Of a stretch of DNA of 64,000 nucleotides, positions 44,899 through 55,162 are shown one piece after another. The stretch covers positions 64,001 to 128,000 of the IMG/VR virus record IMGVR_UViG_3300014697_000001; one strand, given 5' to 3'. The notes under the pieces were generated by a model that did no database searches, was not told where the DNA came from, and was given only the letters and a program-made list of their open reading frames with translations. Source of the DNA: a virus. Its lineage: Duplodnaviria; Caudoviricetes. Every line of letters begins with the position of its first letter. The first letter of the stretch is position 1. The translations under genes were made by a program, and so were the position numbers.

Positions 44899-45918
44899 TC
44901 ATTGATCCTGGATCGGCAGGTGATCAATGCGCGAACGTCGCAGCCAGTTCTCGTGGTTGTAGTAGCCGATGATCCACTGGCCTGCGAGGTTATTCGAGTA
45001 CTCGTCATGGAACTGAATAATCAAAGCATTGGAGACCTTAGGGTCATTGATGTAGATCTCGCCCGTGTTCAGACCGTTGTAGACTACCTTTGCCCCATAG
45101 AGGTTAAATGGCAGCGGGCGCTTCTCGAACACCCACTCATCACCAGTGACCCGTTTGGCCATATCCACCGCCCAGGCCCCAACCAGATCACCGTGCTTGA
45201 GGTGCTTGAGGGTATGGTCGTAATCAACGAAGCGATCCATGGGTAGGATCATCTCGGCTGGAAGCTTGTCGTGATTGCCCGGCCCCAGGTAACGCTTGAC
45301 TTCCAGGGTTGTCTTGATCGGACGATCCAGAAGCTGGACAGCCTCACGGATATAGACCTTGATTTCACCCATCCAGATCGGGTGTTCTGGATTGATCTTG
45401 ACGTTGGCATTCCAGGTCACAGGTGGAATGTAGTCGTCACATTCGATATCATTCTCAATGATCGACCCCATGTGCGTTTGAAAGAGCACGGTGGTGATGT
45501 CGATCTGTTCGAAGTCGATGGTGACCAGGTGAGGTTCAAGGTGAAGTCCGTACTGATCCTTCAGTGCCTTGAGGATCACCGCATCGGAATTTTCCACTGC
45601 ATAGATGACAAACGGTACTGCAGCAAAATGGTCCTGGATGATCCGCCGGCGGTAGGTCAGGTGCTGCGAGCGGCGCCAGCCCGATTCCGGTGTCGGCTTG
45701 ACTTCGATCCGCGTCAGCGTGGTGACGTTGGGGCGCTGAAGATCGTAGTCGTGAACGTGAGGCAGGTTAATCGGGATCTCTCGATCTTGCTCGGGGATGG
45801 GAGGACCGAAGGTAACCTGCCATGGCTCGATAGCGGTGCCGTTGGTAAAGTTCAAAATGTCAAGCAGTTGCTGCTCGACCGGTTTGTTGTACTTCAGTGG
45901 ACGGATATACATACCCAC
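44899..45918 (-). CDS. virion structural protein
   Basis: LTYRR module, PFNLYGAKVVYNG motif; structural block. Confidence 0.75.
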   Translation of the reverse strand: MGMYIRPLKYNKPVEQQLLDILNFTNGTAIEPWQVTFGPPIPEQDREIPINLPHVHDYDLQRPNVTTLTRIEVKPTPESGWRRSQHLTYRRRIIQDHFAAVPFVIYAVENSDAVILKALKDQYGLHLEPHLVTIDFEQIDITTVLFQTHMGSIIENDIECDDYIPPVTWNANVKINPEHPIWMGEIKVYIREAVQLLDRPIKTTLEVKRYLGPGNHDKLPAEMILPMDRFVDYDHTLKHLKHGDLVGAWAVDMAKRVTGDEWVFEKRPLPFNLYGAKVVYNGLNTGEIYINDPKVSNALIIQFHDEYSNNLAGQWIIGYYNHENWLRRSRIDHLPIQDQ

Positions 45919-45923
45919 CTCTA

Positions 45924-46370
45924 TTAGGGTTGTTGCAGGACGGTGAGTTGACCGTACCAGCGAAGCGATTTAGGGGAAGCCTTCAGAATGTTACTCTCAG
46001 GCGTCAGGACCTGGTCCATAAAGTCACTGGGATCAAAAACTATCCCTGAGCGTTGGGTCAGGATGCGCCCGACGTCGTAGCTGACAATCTGACCACTGTA
46101 CGGAATACGAACAGCCCCGGCAAAGAGCGCACCTATATCCAAGCGCTGGATGGTAATCAGGGCTTGATTGGTGAAGCGGTTCTCTTCGCTGTTGGGGGGT
46201 ATGGAAGCCGCTTTCAACCGCAGGCTGACTTGCGGACCTTCACTGCCAATGACTTCTGTCAGCTCCACGTAACGTGGGTTGAGTTGTGTGCCGTGCTGTT
46301 CATTGAAACTGATCAGTGCGGCCTCGTACGGTGTAAAACGCAGGAGTTGTTCAAGACTAAAGTTCGCCAC
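45924..46370 (-). CDS. virion structural protein
   Basis: QRLDI and SLRWYG module. Confidence 0.75.
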   Translation of the reverse strand: MANFSLEQLLRFTPYEAALISFNEQHGTQLNPRYVELTEVIGSEGPQVSLRLKAASIPPNSEENRFTNQALITIQRLDIGALFAGAVRIPYSGQIVSYDVGRILTQRSGIVFDPSDFMDQVLTPESNILKASPKSLRWYGQLTVLQQP

Positions 46371-46372
46371 AG

Positions 46373-47359
46373 TTACACCGCTCGATAATCAATGGTTAGT
46401 TCGCCCACGTACCGCAGGTTCTGAGGCTTGAAGGCAATGGACAGGGTGGCGAGGTCACCCGCTGTCAGCATGGAGAAGGTAGTGGCGACGACATCGTCAC
46501 TGGACAATGGAAACCCTGTCTGAGTACTGGCTTGATTCAGGATGTAGTTGAGGGTTGGCAGCGGTGGACCTTCCATGTAGATCTGATCACCCATGGTGTA
46601 CCATCCGAAGTCCAGTCGACTGTAGATGACATCCAGATCACCGAGGTAATACCCCTCACCACTGGCAGTCAACCGAATCCGACTGTTGTCATGGGCATAC
46701 CCACCCATCACCTCGACCGGGCTCAACGTGATCCGGTCAATTTCCAAGGGGTAAGGTAAGGTGTCGGGATTGGCAGCCGTTAACTGCGACAGCAGGACCG
46801 CCTTGACGTTGGTGTCAAAGTCAGTGGGGGTCCGGAAACCCGTAACCGTACGATTTGGCAGTACATCTATCAGCTGACGCTGTAGCGGCTTGACCTCAAA
46901 GGGGGCTCCTCCATAAAGCAGGAACTGACCGTCTTTGATGGTCATTGTGTGTTGACCGAAGGTGGCAATGGACTGCTCGACAAATTGCTCCGACCGGTCG
47001 TATAGCCCAGCACGGTCAAACCACCCCCGCATCAACGTCTTGGCAGTAACAGGCAGGTCAGCACGCAGGATAGAACCGTAGCGCTGCACCATGGCGCTCA
47101 TGGGAATGCGACGATATGTCAGCTGGATCTTGTCCTGATACCCCCAGTAGTCGATCATGGATTTAGCAGGGGCAATACCCACCTCGATCAACGCCTGAGT
47201 GGGATTTGCCGGGTCAGTGACAGGTACAGAATGTTCAAACCCCTCTACTTCAACACCTGCCTTCACCATGGAGCGAAGCAGGCGATAAAACGCCTGCTCG
47301 TCGTTTTCCTGGAGAGCAGCTTGGGTGTTACTAGGGCCATTAAGGATTGACGAAGTCAT
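46373..47359 (-). CDS. virion structural protein
   Basis: Two Y.R modules (TYRRI, YSRLD), NLRYVG; start at Met overlapping upstream stop. Confidence 0.75.
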   Translation of the reverse strand: MTSSILNGPSNTQAALQENDEQAFYRLLRSMVKAGVEVEGFEHSVPVTDPANPTQALIEVGIAPAKSMIDYWGYQDKIQLTYRRIPMSAMVQRYGSILRADLPVTAKTLMRGWFDRAGLYDRSEQFVEQSIATFGQHTMTIKDGQFLLYGGAPFEVKPLQRQLIDVLPNRTVTGFRTPTDFDTNVKAVLLSQLTAANPDTLPYPLEIDRITLSPVEVMGGYAHDNSRIRLTASGEGYYLGDLDVIYSRLDFGWYTMGDQIYMEGPPLPTLNYILNQASTQTGFPLSSDDVVATTFSMLTAGDLATLSIAFKPQNLRYVGELTIDYRAV

Positions 47360-49529
47360 TGGACACAGTCCTGTTAAAAAGGTCTGCAATCGGCTTGCTT
47401 GCCAATGCAGGAATGGTGACCGTGGTGTTGTTCAGTTGACTGAGGTCGAGTGACGGCTGACCGAGAACAGTGACCAGTGAGTTCAGCATCAGTCCGCCTT
47501 CCAGGTGCTGGTTAAGACCACTGAGGTTGAAGTCAATCCCAAGGTCCAAACCAAACTCATGGGCAGCACTGCGGGACAGGTCCTGAATAGTCATCCCGGA
47601 CAGGTCGATTACCCCTTTGAGCTTTGCCGCGCCATAAAAGTCTAAAGGCGTTACCTGAGGCACTGGTAGCTGCACGTCATGTCCAACCCAACCACCTGGG
47701 TTATGCCAGCGCAGATGAGGCCAATCCAACATGATCACGGCTTCATCGTTGATCTGCTGGATATAATGAACACTGTAGCTTGACAGCTGAGACATGATCC
47801 CCAACATGGCTTGCTGGATGTCCTTGACCGTCTGTGCGGTACGCAATTCCAACCCAGTGGCCTGATTCAGAATTCCCAGCATGATCTCATCGAGTTCTGC
47901 CTGGTTGTACTTCTCAAAGTCAAGGCTGCGGGCCCTGAGCCAATCGGCGTAATATTGTCCGTTGTCCATGTCCACCGGCATGTCAACATAGAACCGGTCA
48001 ACGAGAAGTTTTATCTCCCCGTATTGGAACAGGTCTTCCCGGTAAACATAGAGGTCTCGATGCAACAGCATCCGACGCTGAATGTTCTGACTTAGCCTCA
48101 GGAATGAATCCACTGAAACATAAGACGTGATGCTTTCGTTGTCTCGCAGTGCCTCATGGATAAATGCGTCTGAGGTCACTGCCGTGGTCGTGATGGACCG
48201 CAGCTCCTCAAACGTCGGTAGAGGCTGACGACGGACTCGTTTGGCCATGATCCGTGGGATCTCGGTCAACTCGATACCCATGCGCCGGAAGTAAAGGTAC
48301 TGGTATACCAGGTACGCTTCCTTCATGCTGAGCTTGACGCCATCCCCACCGTCTGGCAACTGCATGATCAACACTGTACGGTACTGGCCACTGTCAGCCA
48401 AATAGATCCAGTGGTTGAGTAGGACCTCGCTCAGGGTATAGGGTTCCGATTCCTTAAGGTCAATGACGTTGGATTCCAGTGACTTGGTACGCACCTCCGA
48501 CGTCAAGCTGCGGCTCATGGCCTCTGGCACGTATTGCTCGGCGTAGAAGTTTTCTTCGTCGTTGGAGCGCGCCAAGGTACGCTGCAGATCCAACATCATC
48601 CGAGGTGTCTTGATGTCTTCACCCAAAGCCGACGGGATGGCATTGACACTCATGCGTTCGAACTGTATCTCGGGGTCCATTTGTTCCAGTAGATTGGTGT
48701 CATTTTGCTGCATGACGTATTCGGCCAGTGGGAACTTTCGTTCGGTCATGACCTTACCCACCAGCTCCTGGAACATTTCGTCCTTGCCATTGTTGTTCAG
48801 GATATAGCGGATGTTCCGGTAGAAGTACAGGCGCTGGAACTCATTCATCGAGTCGTAGTACTTATCCAGCGGACCAAAACTAGCCAGGTATCGACGGATG
48901 TGGTAACTGTGGACGCGATTGGTTCGTGCATTGGCCGATCGGATGGATTTGATCGCTTCCGGCATGGCCATAAACAGGACACCCAGGCGCGCCATGACAA
49001 AATACGCGTTGTTGATACGGTAGTCGTCATTTGCCCAACGGACAAACTGAGCATTGATCCAGTTCTGCAGCTCTGTAATGAGGTTGACTTCGCGTGCTTC
49101 AACTTCAGCGGCGTCATGATACAGAATACTATGATCCGGCGCAGTTATTGCTGTGCTCAGGTCCACCGGGTTTAAAATCCCGTGGATCAGTGCATCTTGA
49201 GCGGGGTAGCGCGCCAACAGTTCTTTATAGTAACGAGACCCGTACTGATATTCGCGCCAGGTGGCACGGTGCAGGGTCATGTTTTCCTTGGTGAACTCGA
49301 TGTTCTCATGGGTGTCCATGGACACCACTGTCATCACAGTGTCCGACGGATGGTACTGACCTGCAAGGTTCAGGTAATACTTCCATGTCTCGGGACGGTC
49401 ATCCAACACCTCATGACCAAGAAGGGCTAGGCGCTGGTTGATGATGGTGGAGGTTGCTTCGTCCTTGACCACCAAAGTTGCTGCCAGTCGAATCACCGAC
49501 TCGTGATAAATCTGATACAGAGTACTCAT
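47340..49529 (-). CDS. virion structural protein (phiKZ gp128-like)
   Basis: TWKYYLNLAG.YH.SD, VHS.HI..YLAS, YFYRNI.Y, LSSYSV; divergent from portal. Confidence 0.85.
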   Translation of the reverse strand: MSTLYQIYHESVIRLAATLVVKDEATSTIINQRLALLGHEVLDDRPETWKYYLNLAGQYHPSDTVMTVVSMDTHENIEFTKENMTLHRATWREYQYGSRYYKELLARYPAQDALIHGILNPVDLSTAITAPDHSILYHDAAEVEAREVNLITELQNWINAQFVRWANDDYRINNAYFVMARLGVLFMAMPEAIKSIRSANARTNRVHSYHIRRYLASFGPLDKYYDSMNEFQRLYFYRNIRYILNNNGKDEMFQELVGKVMTERKFPLAEYVMQQNDTNLLEQMDPEIQFERMSVNAIPSALGEDIKTPRMMLDLQRTLARSNDEENFYAEQYVPEAMSRSLTSEVRTKSLESNVIDLKESEPYTLSEVLLNHWIYLADSGQYRTVLIMQLPDGGDGVKLSMKEAYLVYQYLYFRRMGIELTEIPRIMAKRVRRQPLPTFEELRSITTTAVTSDAFIHEALRDNESITSYVSVDSFLRLSQNIQRRMLLHRDLYVYREDLFQYGEIKLLVDRFYVDMPVDMDNGQYYADWLRARSLDFEKYNQAELDEIMLGILNQATGLELRTAQTVKDIQQAMLGIMSQLSSYSVHYIQQINDEAVIMLDWPHLRWHNPGGWVGHDVQLPVPQVTPLDFYGAAKLKGVIDLSGMTIQDLSRSAAHEFGLDLGIDFNLSGLNQHLEGGLMLNSLVTVLGQPSLDLSQLNNTTVTIPALASKPIADLFNRTVSNDFVNP

Positions 49530-49556
49530 CGTTTAAGATCCAAAAGGAGTAGTGAG

Positions 49557-52460
49557 ATGGCCGACGAAACACGCCGCTTTCCCAGGTTCTTGTCAACGCG
49601 TGACATTGACAATGAAACCAAAGCGGCACTCAGCAAGATGCAGCCTGACCCGCGTGGCGCTGCGACGCCCCGGCAAAATATGCGTCTGCCAGACAACCGT
49701 GTGTTGGCGCATGTGGCTAACACAACGATTGGCAATATTCGCGATGCACGCAACCTTTTCCAGATCCTTCCGGACATGGATTATGCGCGTCAGATCCTGA
49801 TTTCAGCTACGCTGGCACCAGGTGACCTGACAGATGCCAAGGTGCTGTACACGATTAAAAACCAGAAACTGGATTCCAACCTGACCGGACCCTTACTGAG
49901 GAAGGTCCAGGAATTCTTCGATGACTCCTATAGGATTACGTCGCTGCTGCAGCCTATTCTCAACGATGTTCTGTTTGAGAAGGGTTCGTATCCTATCTTG
50001 GTTTTGCCCGAGTCTTCCATTGACCGCATTATCAACGCAGACAACTACAGTGGTGTGTCTCTGGAATCGGCAGTGCAGCAGCTCGATGGCCACATTCGTC
50101 AGGAAACCGACAACAAAGGACGTTACCTGCCATGGGGTGTACTGGGCCAAGGGTCCACCAATCCTGAAAAGGTTGACTCGTACACGGGCGTCTCGTTCGA
50201 ATCGATCAACTACCGCACTGATCAGTATAACCATGAGGTCAATGTAACCGGTATCAAGGTCTCGCTGGAGAACCTGATTCCTGAAGACAGTGAGCACCGT
50301 GATCAGCGCAGTAAGCTCAGTGAATTGTCCAAAACGATGCAGAAGGCGATTACTGATAAGGGGTCCACTATCGAGGTGTTGGATAACCTCAACATCCTCA
50401 AACGGCCGATGGTCGTGGAGACCCGTCGCAAGTTGGCTGTCAAGCGTATCTATGGTGGGCGTTTGCACTCCAGGGCGTCACTTGAGAGCCGGGCCGATCG
50501 GGGCGATCAGGACGCCAAGCGAACCTTGTCTGCCATCGAACGAAGCTTCTACAATAAGCGCCGTTACACCCACGTGCCAGTACAGCCGGTGATGACGCAT
50601 CGGCAGACGGGGGTTGAAACCTACGGTCATCCGTTGGTCATGCACCTGCCGGCTGAATCAGTAATCCCGATCCACGTCCCCGGTAACCCAGCAGAGCATG
50701 TCGGGTACTACGTTCTACTGGATGTCGATGGTAACCCTATCGATGTCGCCGATCAGAGCTCGTACTACGACGACATCAAAGCTCAGATGAACAACGTCGA
50801 CAGCTACGCCAGCCAAATGATTCAGCAAGCCCGCCGTGGGTTTGAAGGCATGGGCGGCTTTCAGAACGAAATCATTGACGAACTGGGGCGCATTCACGGG
50901 GAGGTGATCGAGGGTGATCTGCTGAGCCGCCTACGTTCTGGGGCATTGTCTGGCAACTACGAACTGGGCATGACTGAGAATCACAACCGTATCTGGCTGG
51001 CGCGTCACCTGAAGGGTCAGCGGACCATGATCTTGTTTGTCCCTGCGGAGATGATGACCTACATTGCGTTTGACTACAACGAGTTCGGTGTAGGCAAGAC
51101 AGTGCTGGAAGACGGTAAGATTCTAGGTTCGATTCGTGCGGCGATCATGTTGGCTAACACGCTGGCTACGATCAACAACGCCGTGGGCGGAAAGACCCTG
51201 GAGATCACCCTGGACCCACAGGACGAAGACCCGGTCAGCACAGTAGAGTTCATGCTCTCTGAATACGCCAAGGTCAACAGCCAGGGGTTCAGTCGCATCG
51301 TAGGCTCGACGCACCCTCTAGGATTGGCGGATCAAATTCAAAATCACGGGGTGAATGTCGTCGTCAGTGGCAACACCCGCTACCCGGAAACCAAACTGGA
51401 CGTCAGTCAGCGTGAAGGCACCTCTCGCCCGATCGACACTGAGATGGAAGAGATGTACCGCCGTCGACACATCCAGATGTTCGGCCTGAGCCCTGAGATC
51501 ATGGAGGGTATCAACTCAACGGACTTTGCGACCACGGTAGTTCAGAACAACCTGATGCTGCTTAAGCGCGTGATCCAGAACCAGGACAAGTTCGATCCGT
51601 TCTTGACAGACTTCATCCGTAGCTACTTGCTCAACTCCGGAATCTTCCTGACTGAGATGCGCGAGTTCGTAACCGAGAACAAGAAGTTCTTGGACAACAC
51701 GGGCGAACAGAAGTTGTCTGAAGAGGAGCTGATTGACCAGTTCATCTTTGAATTCGTCGAGTCGCTACATGCTAACCTGCCAGCGCCTGAAGTGGGTGAT
51801 GTCAGCAAATCCATGCAGGGCTACGATGCGTACAGTGAGGCACTGGACAAGGTTATCGCGGCGTACATCAGTGAAGAGATGTTTGCATCTGATACCGCCA
51901 TTGGCATGGAGGAAATGATCCCAACCATCACCGCTGTGGTCAAAGCTGAATTCCAGCGTCGCTGGCTGCGTAAGCGCAACATCATGCCGGAAGTGGATAT
52001 CTTCACTACAGTCGACGAGGAAGATGGCTCTCCAGCCTTCAACCTGCTGGAGACAGCAAGCAACCATCTGGATGGACTCAATGGTTCGATCGCCGACTAC
52101 GTCAAAGAGTTGCTTACCGCGGCCAAGAAGCGGGCTAAAATCCTGAAAGATCTGGCAGACCGTAAACAGGAACTGCAAGAGATTAAGGATGAGGCCGGTG
52201 GTAGTGAGTTCGGCGGTGGGGATGACGCCGGCGGCGAGGAAAGCTTTGATGCCGAGGGAGGGGATGACGGCCTGGGTGGTGAGGAGGAGAGTTTTGACCT
52301 AGACGAACCTGCTGAAGGAGAAGTTCCAGACGACGAAGGACTGGACGAGGAGCTTCCTGAGGAAGGAGAAGAGCCTGCGGAGGAAGAACAGGCTGAAGAA
52401 GAGGAACCTGCCGAGGGAGAGGAAGAGGATTTGGATATCCCTGACGAACCTAAGGTGTAA
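49557..52460 (+). CDS. portal protein (phiKZ gp129-like)
   Basis: LPD...A.QILIS..L.P, GSYP.LVLPE, HLP.ESVIP, YIAFDY...G.G; acidic C-tail; AAGGAG RBS. Confidence 0.82.
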   Translation: MADETRRFPRFLSTRDIDNETKAALSKMQPDPRGAATPRQNMRLPDNRVLAHVANTTIGNIRDARNLFQILPDMDYARQILISATLAPGDLTDAKVLYTIKNQKLDSNLTGPLLRKVQEFFDDSYRITSLLQPILNDVLFEKGSYPILVLPESSIDRIINADNYSGVSLESAVQQLDGHIRQETDNKGRYLPWGVLGQGSTNPEKVDSYTGVSFESINYRTDQYNHEVNVTGIKVSLENLIPEDSEHRDQRSKLSELSKTMQKAITDKGSTIEVLDNLNILKRPMVVETRRKLAVKRIYGGRLHSRASLESRADRGDQDAKRTLSAIERSFYNKRRYTHVPVQPVMTHRQTGVETYGHPLVMHLPAESVIPIHVPGNPAEHVGYYVLLDVDGNPIDVADQSSYYDDIKAQMNNVDSYASQMIQQARRGFEGMGGFQNEIIDELGRIHGEVIEGDLLSRLRSGALSGNYELGMTENHNRIWLARHLKGQRTMILFVPAEMMTYIAFDYNEFGVGKTVLEDGKILGSIRAAIMLANTLATINNAVGGKTLEITLDPQDEDPVSTVEFMLSEYAKVNSQGFSRIVGSTHPLGLADQIQNHGVNVVVSGNTRYPETKLDVSQREGTSRPIDTEMEEMYRRRHIQMFGLSPEIMEGINSTDFATTVVQNNLMLLKRVIQNQDKFDPFLTDFIRSYLLNSGIFLTEMREFVTENKKFLDNTGEQKLSEEELIDQFIFEFVESLHANLPAPEVGDVSKSMQGYDAYSEALDKVIAAYISEEMFASDTAIGMEEMIPTITAVVKAEFQRRWLRKRNIMPEVDIFTTVDEEDGSPAFNLLETASNHLDGLNGSIADYVKELLTAAKKRAKILKDLADRKQELQEIKDEAGGSEFGGGDDAGGEESFDAEGGDDGLGGEEESFDLDEPAEGEVPDDEGLDEELPEEGEEPAEEEQAEEEEPAEGEEEDLDIPDEPKV

Positions 52461-52463
52461 CGA

Positions 52464-52495
52464 CATAGAGGAGGGGCAGCTGCCCCTCCTCTATG
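52464..52495. terminator. hairpin between convergent genes
   Basis: catagaggaggggca/tgcccctcctctatg. Confidence 0.8.
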
Positions 52496-52502
52496 CTGAT
52501 TG

Positions 52503-53264
52503 TCACCTGAATGTGGTAGGGACTTGGAACGTCTCACCCTCGTAGATGGCTTGATGAATGATACGCATGCCGAGGATGTTACCGACCAACTGCCAGTAAA
52601 CATTACCACTGCCGCCGCCAAGACGCTGACCCAGACGGACAGGGCGTACCACACTGTTCACCAAGTCTACGGTCCAGCTAGCCGGGACCGATATACGTGT
52701 ACCATTGATGTAAAACGATACGTTACCGGATTTCCTAACCACCGCAAGATGTATGGTGCTATTGGCGGTAAGGGGTGGGCAGTTCACTGTCGCCGCCGGG
52801 GTATTGATTGACACACCACCGAAGAATAGTCTACCGCTGGTTCGAGTTGAATTGGTCAAATAACAAACATCGAGGTTACGGAGTTGACCGGGTGCTGACC
52901 AGGTCTGCCATGACAGTAACGGGATGAGGTAGCTGTTATCAGCTGGCTGGTGTTTAATCGAGGAGAAGTCAAAGACCGCTTCGTACGTAAAATCTCCCGA
53001 GCCCGGAAGATAGCTGACGTTATTCGGCAACGTGGCTGATGTACCGTCCTGACCACTGAACTTAAGTGAACCGGCTTCCCCTACCATCTTCTTGGTGGTG
53101 TCGAGGGTGATCTGGGTCGGGTGACTGATGGTCACCGGGGCGTTGGTGATGAGGTCGTAGGCGCCTGTGGAGTTAAACGCTAATTGAAACCGGATCTTGT
53201 CCTTATAAGGACGCATACCGTATTTACGTCTGGTCGTATCGGCAGACAATTGGAGAATGTTCAT
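52503..53264 (-). CDS. LamG/concanavalin A-like lectin domain protein
   Basis: SLKF.G, GDFTYE, HLAVVRK.G...FYING, GNI..MRI....Y. Confidence 0.85.
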   Translation of the reverse strand: MNILQLSADTTRRKYGMRPYKDKIRFQLAFNSTGAYDLITNAPVTISHPTQITLDTTKKMVGEAGSLKFSGQDGTSATLPNNVSYLPGSGDFTYEAVFDFSSIKHQPADNSYLIPLLSWQTWSAPGQLRNLDVCYLTNSTRTSGRLFFGGVSINTPAATVNCPPLTANSTIHLAVVRKSGNVSFYINGTRISVPASWTVDLVNSVVRPVRLGQRLGGGSGNVYWQLVGNILGMRIIHQAIYEGETFQVPTTFR

Positions 53265-53896
53265 TGGATCATGTCCATTATGTTAGTGGAAGGGAATGCT
53301 CGATCATCACCCCAGATAATTCGGATGCCGGCTCTACCGCCTTCACCAGAACTACCCTTGTCTCTCCAGATACCACCACCGCCACCAAAGTCGCCACCGT
53401 CACGTGAGAAGGTGCCGGTGGCACCCGTCAGCTGGAAAGTCTTCAGGTCTATACCAAAGCTGTTACGATCGGCACCAACCAAGCCGACGTTACCACCGGA
53501 ATCCATCTGGCTGTAATTACTGGACAGGCCCTGGGTGCCATCACCGCCCTTGACTACGGCAGACAACGGCGAGGCTGCTGTGAAGCCAAATGCTGAGGTG
53601 GTGTTGATCGCCGCTTTAGTATTCCAGTTGGTCGGAGGGACCATCAACTGGTATGCCTGACCAGGGACCACTGGGATGTTGTTGATGTACCTAACATTGG
53701 CGCCATCGCCTGTGAAGTTGTTACGGATGGAACCGCAACCACCAGCACCGACCAGGGCTACACAGACTTCATGGACATTGGCAGGACAGATCCAGGTAAA
53801 GGTACCGGGTTGATCAAAGAGTATCTGACCAGGTAACGGGGGAGGTAACCCTTTACGAATTCGATTCGATACAGCTACAAGAATACTGAGAGCCAT
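53261..53896 (-). CDS. glycine-rich fibre-tip-like protein
   Basis: PGTFTW..P..V..V....VGAGG, IPVVPGQ.Y, GGGGG, G..G.IRIIWG. Confidence 0.8.
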   Translation of the reverse strand: MALSILVAVSNRIRKGLPPPLPGQILFDQPGTFTWICPANVHEVCVALVGAGGCGSIRNNFTGDGANVRYINNIPVVPGQAYQLMVPPTNWNTKAAINTTSAFGFTAASPLSAVVKGGDGTQGLSSNYSQMDSGGNVGLVGADRNSFGIDLKTFQLTGATGTFSRDGGDFGGGGGIWRDKGSSGEGGRAGIRIIWGDDRAFPSTNIMDMIQ

Positions 53897-53950
53897 TGTT
53901 AATTCCAGGTATTGATTAGAGGAATGGGTTACTCATAAGATTTCGTAATT

Positions 53951-54152
53951 TAATCCTGCCTTGAGTAATCATCTGAATAAATTCAAAAGACTATAAAGAG
54001 CGAGGTTGTAAGGAACGAAGTGACTGGAGACGGAGCGCCTGCGGAGGAGAGCAACGACGACATCCCTAGTGCTTTTCTAAGCTGACCGAAGGTCCGACTG
54101 ACTCGGGACGAAGTCCCTTACCGAGTAAAATAATCCATACTTGAGTAATCAT
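53951..54152. repeat. 22-bp direct repeats 180 bp apart enclosing GAA-loop hairpins
   Basis: taatcctgccttgagtaatcat (53951) and taatccatacttgagtaatcat (54131). Confidence 0.8.
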
Positions 54153-54206
54153 ATCCAGATAACGGATAGGACCTCAAGTCAGCGTTACTTTTATGCTGCA
54201 TCGATT

Positions 54207-54242
54207 AGAAATAAGCCCGACCCTACATGATAAACCCGATAT
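54207..54242 (+). promoter_or_regulatory. putative early promoter
   Basis: GACCCTACATGATA. Confidence 0.55.
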
Positions 54243-54270
54243 CACATACCCATGTAAGAAGGAGTACACC

Positions 54271-54996
54271 ATGCAAGTAATGTCCCGTGCTATTGATTCG
54301 GACATGATGACCCCTGAACTCTTTAGGGATATCCTGGAACTGTTTCATGGAGGGTATCAGGTAAGAGACAGTGGAGGCCATCAACAACATCGAACTCCGA
54401 CGGTGGTCATGTTTCGTGGCAAGGTCTCTGAAGAAGATGGCTTTGTCCTGATGGCAATTGAAGCAGGCCTTGAGAGTAGTCTCAGACCTATTGTCAAGCG
54501 TCAAGGCGATGCGGGCATGTACTGGATGGAGATTGACGAACCCCATAACCTGAATCGCTCTCAGACGACTGCGTTCCACCCTTACGAGCAGACCACCGCT
54601 GCTGAGGATGCCATGCATTGGGCAGACATCCTGTACCGGTCAGGATTGATCGATGGGTACGTAGGGCTGCACGATTATGAGATTGTCTACCCAGAACGCT
54701 TGATGGGGGATACCATCAGTCGTCACTGCATGGAAGAGGTCTTTGATGAACGTGTGCTGGGTAAAGCCAGTCGCTTTGACCTGTACTTTAAGGATGAGGA
54801 CACAGGGGCGTTCTATCCGGTCGATGATTGCACCATCTGGGGCGGAGCGATACTTGAACATGGCCACTACCATTACCTGGGTGAATACATTCGCGTACTG
54901 GAGGTCAATAACCTGATCACCGACCACCGTAAGATCCTGGCACGGACGTTGCGTAAGGCATTGCGTTACCATTACATCACCACAGCTCAAAGCTGA
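54271..54996 (+). CDS. hypothetical early protein
   Basis: AAGGAG RBS before ATG 54271. Confidence 0.8.
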   Translation: MQVMSRAIDSDMMTPELFRDILELFHGGYQVRDSGGHQQHRTPTVVMFRGKVSEEDGFVLMAIEAGLESSLRPIVKRQGDAGMYWMEIDEPHNLNRSQTTAFHPYEQTTAAEDAMHWADILYRSGLIDGYVGLHDYEIVYPERLMGDTISRHCMEEVFDERVLGKASRFDLYFKDEDTGAFYPVDDCTIWGGAILEHGHYHYLGEYIRVLEVNNLITDHRKILARTLRKALRYHYITTAQS

Positions 54997-55162
54997 GGTG
55001 ACGGAGGGGGTGATAAAGCCCCCTTTTCTTTTGTGCTGGTCGATTCGATTCGAATTAAAGTCAGCCCTACATCACCTAGGTGAAGTGGTCACTTCTCTTG
55101 TTAGAATTCGTTGTGCCTTCGAAGTCAGTTCAGTCAAAATAGTAAAAAATAACTAGGTCGGT

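Noticed and set aside
54082-54126. Hammerhead ribozyme (CTGA...GAA)
   Set aside because: Lacks CUGANGA and GAAA core in the right arrangement
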